Origin: an uncultured delta proteobacterium | Lineage (GTDB): Bacteria > Myxococcota > B64-G9 | Reading direction: 5' to 3' | NCBI GenBank assembly: GCA_963754925.1 | Contig: CAVWHX010000004.1 | Span: 256,001 to 320,000, forward strand | DNA length: 64,000 nucleotides | Shown here: piece after piece, positions 63,496-64,000 of the stretch | How positions within the stretch are numbered: position 1 is the stretch's first letter | How the letters are laid out: every line of letters begins with the position of its first letter | The notes under the pieces: generated by a model | Database searches by the model: none | Seen by the model: only the letters and a program-made list of their open reading frames with translations | Told to the model about the DNA's origin: nothing | Made by a program: the position numbers and the translations under genes

Positions 63496-64000
63496 AGGAA
63501 TAGTGGAGAGTCAAAACGCGCCACCCCGCAAGAGGGGGGGAATTAGGTTCTTCTTTGTTTTTACCGTGGTGCTTGCGCTCCTGATGGTAATAGTTTACTT
63601 GTTCAGCGTGATACATTCAAAAAAGTTTTATCTGGTGCCGGACGGCAATACCCTATTAGTCAAGAAGGGGATTATCTTTCTGTGGGGCAGCGAGATATAT
63701 AAACCAAACGATCCGAGCCAGGGTATGTTGTATGAAGCAATCGAACTCCCGCGCGAGCGACTACCGACAGGAATTCAGGAGTTCGATGATGTACCCTCAC
63801 TCAACCAAGCCTACGCCGCGATTTTGATGGATTTGGCCAACAATCTTATCCGTTCTGAAGATGATAAAAACTTCCAAAAAGGCAAGGCTCTTCTCGATCG
63901 CGCTAAACGCCTGGAGGGTCTTAACCTCAAGCTGATAAATGAGATTGATGACAACGTTACCGAAATTAATTACCTAGAAGCCAAGCGAACGTATAACGGG
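63488..64000 (+). CDS. membrane-anchored hypothetical protein, runs off the window edge
   Basis: Manual translation MPEGIVESQNAPPRKRGGIRFFFVFTVVLALLMVIVYLFS..., with a GGAGG RBS; open to the window end. Confidence 0.65.
   Translation, partial: MPEGIVESQNAPPRKRGGIRFFFVFTVVLALLMVIVYLFSVIHSKKFYLVPDGNTLLVKKGIIFLWGSEIYKPNDPSQGMLYEAIELPRERLPTGIQEFDDVPSLNQAYAAILMDLANNLIRSEDDKNFQKGKALLDRAKRLEGLNLKLINEIDDNVTEINYLEAKRTYNG

Overview
Chromosomal segment of a probable Myxococcota/deltaproteobacterium. The evidence is gene content: Cys-rich Pal, a REC-DUF4388-TPR regulator next to tsaD-rsmA, an FHA-sigma54 activator and Myxococcus-type Cys repeats. It carries a complete heme operon (hemE-N-H-Y-A-C-D-L, sensor kinase, response regulator, hemB), a Lol-like ABC/LolA/outer-membrane operon, housekeeping genes, an RpoD-like paralog operon, an AT-richer accessory region (about 45.3-55.2 kb), an NRAMP-MgtE-type operon, vapBC, hypE and hpt. 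Main observations: (1) a two-component system inside the hem cluster plus an exact TGACA-N6-TGACA direct repeat upstream of hemE, matching the Leptospira HemKR/HemR-box arrangement as I recall it; (2) a short repeat element with terminal inverted repeats inserted in frame in hemD, with an intergenic sister copy and a nested second hairpin unit also found elsewhere; (3) divergent sigma54 promoters sharing a palindromic enhancer, driving an IS3-interrupted FGE/C-lectin lipoprotein with a DGR-variable-region-like tail on one side and a LysM-metallophosphoesterase plus membrane protein pair (candidate effector/immunity) on the other. About ten genes carry isolated small frameshifts, most likely long-read assembly errors. 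All calls come from motif recognition; no database searches were run.
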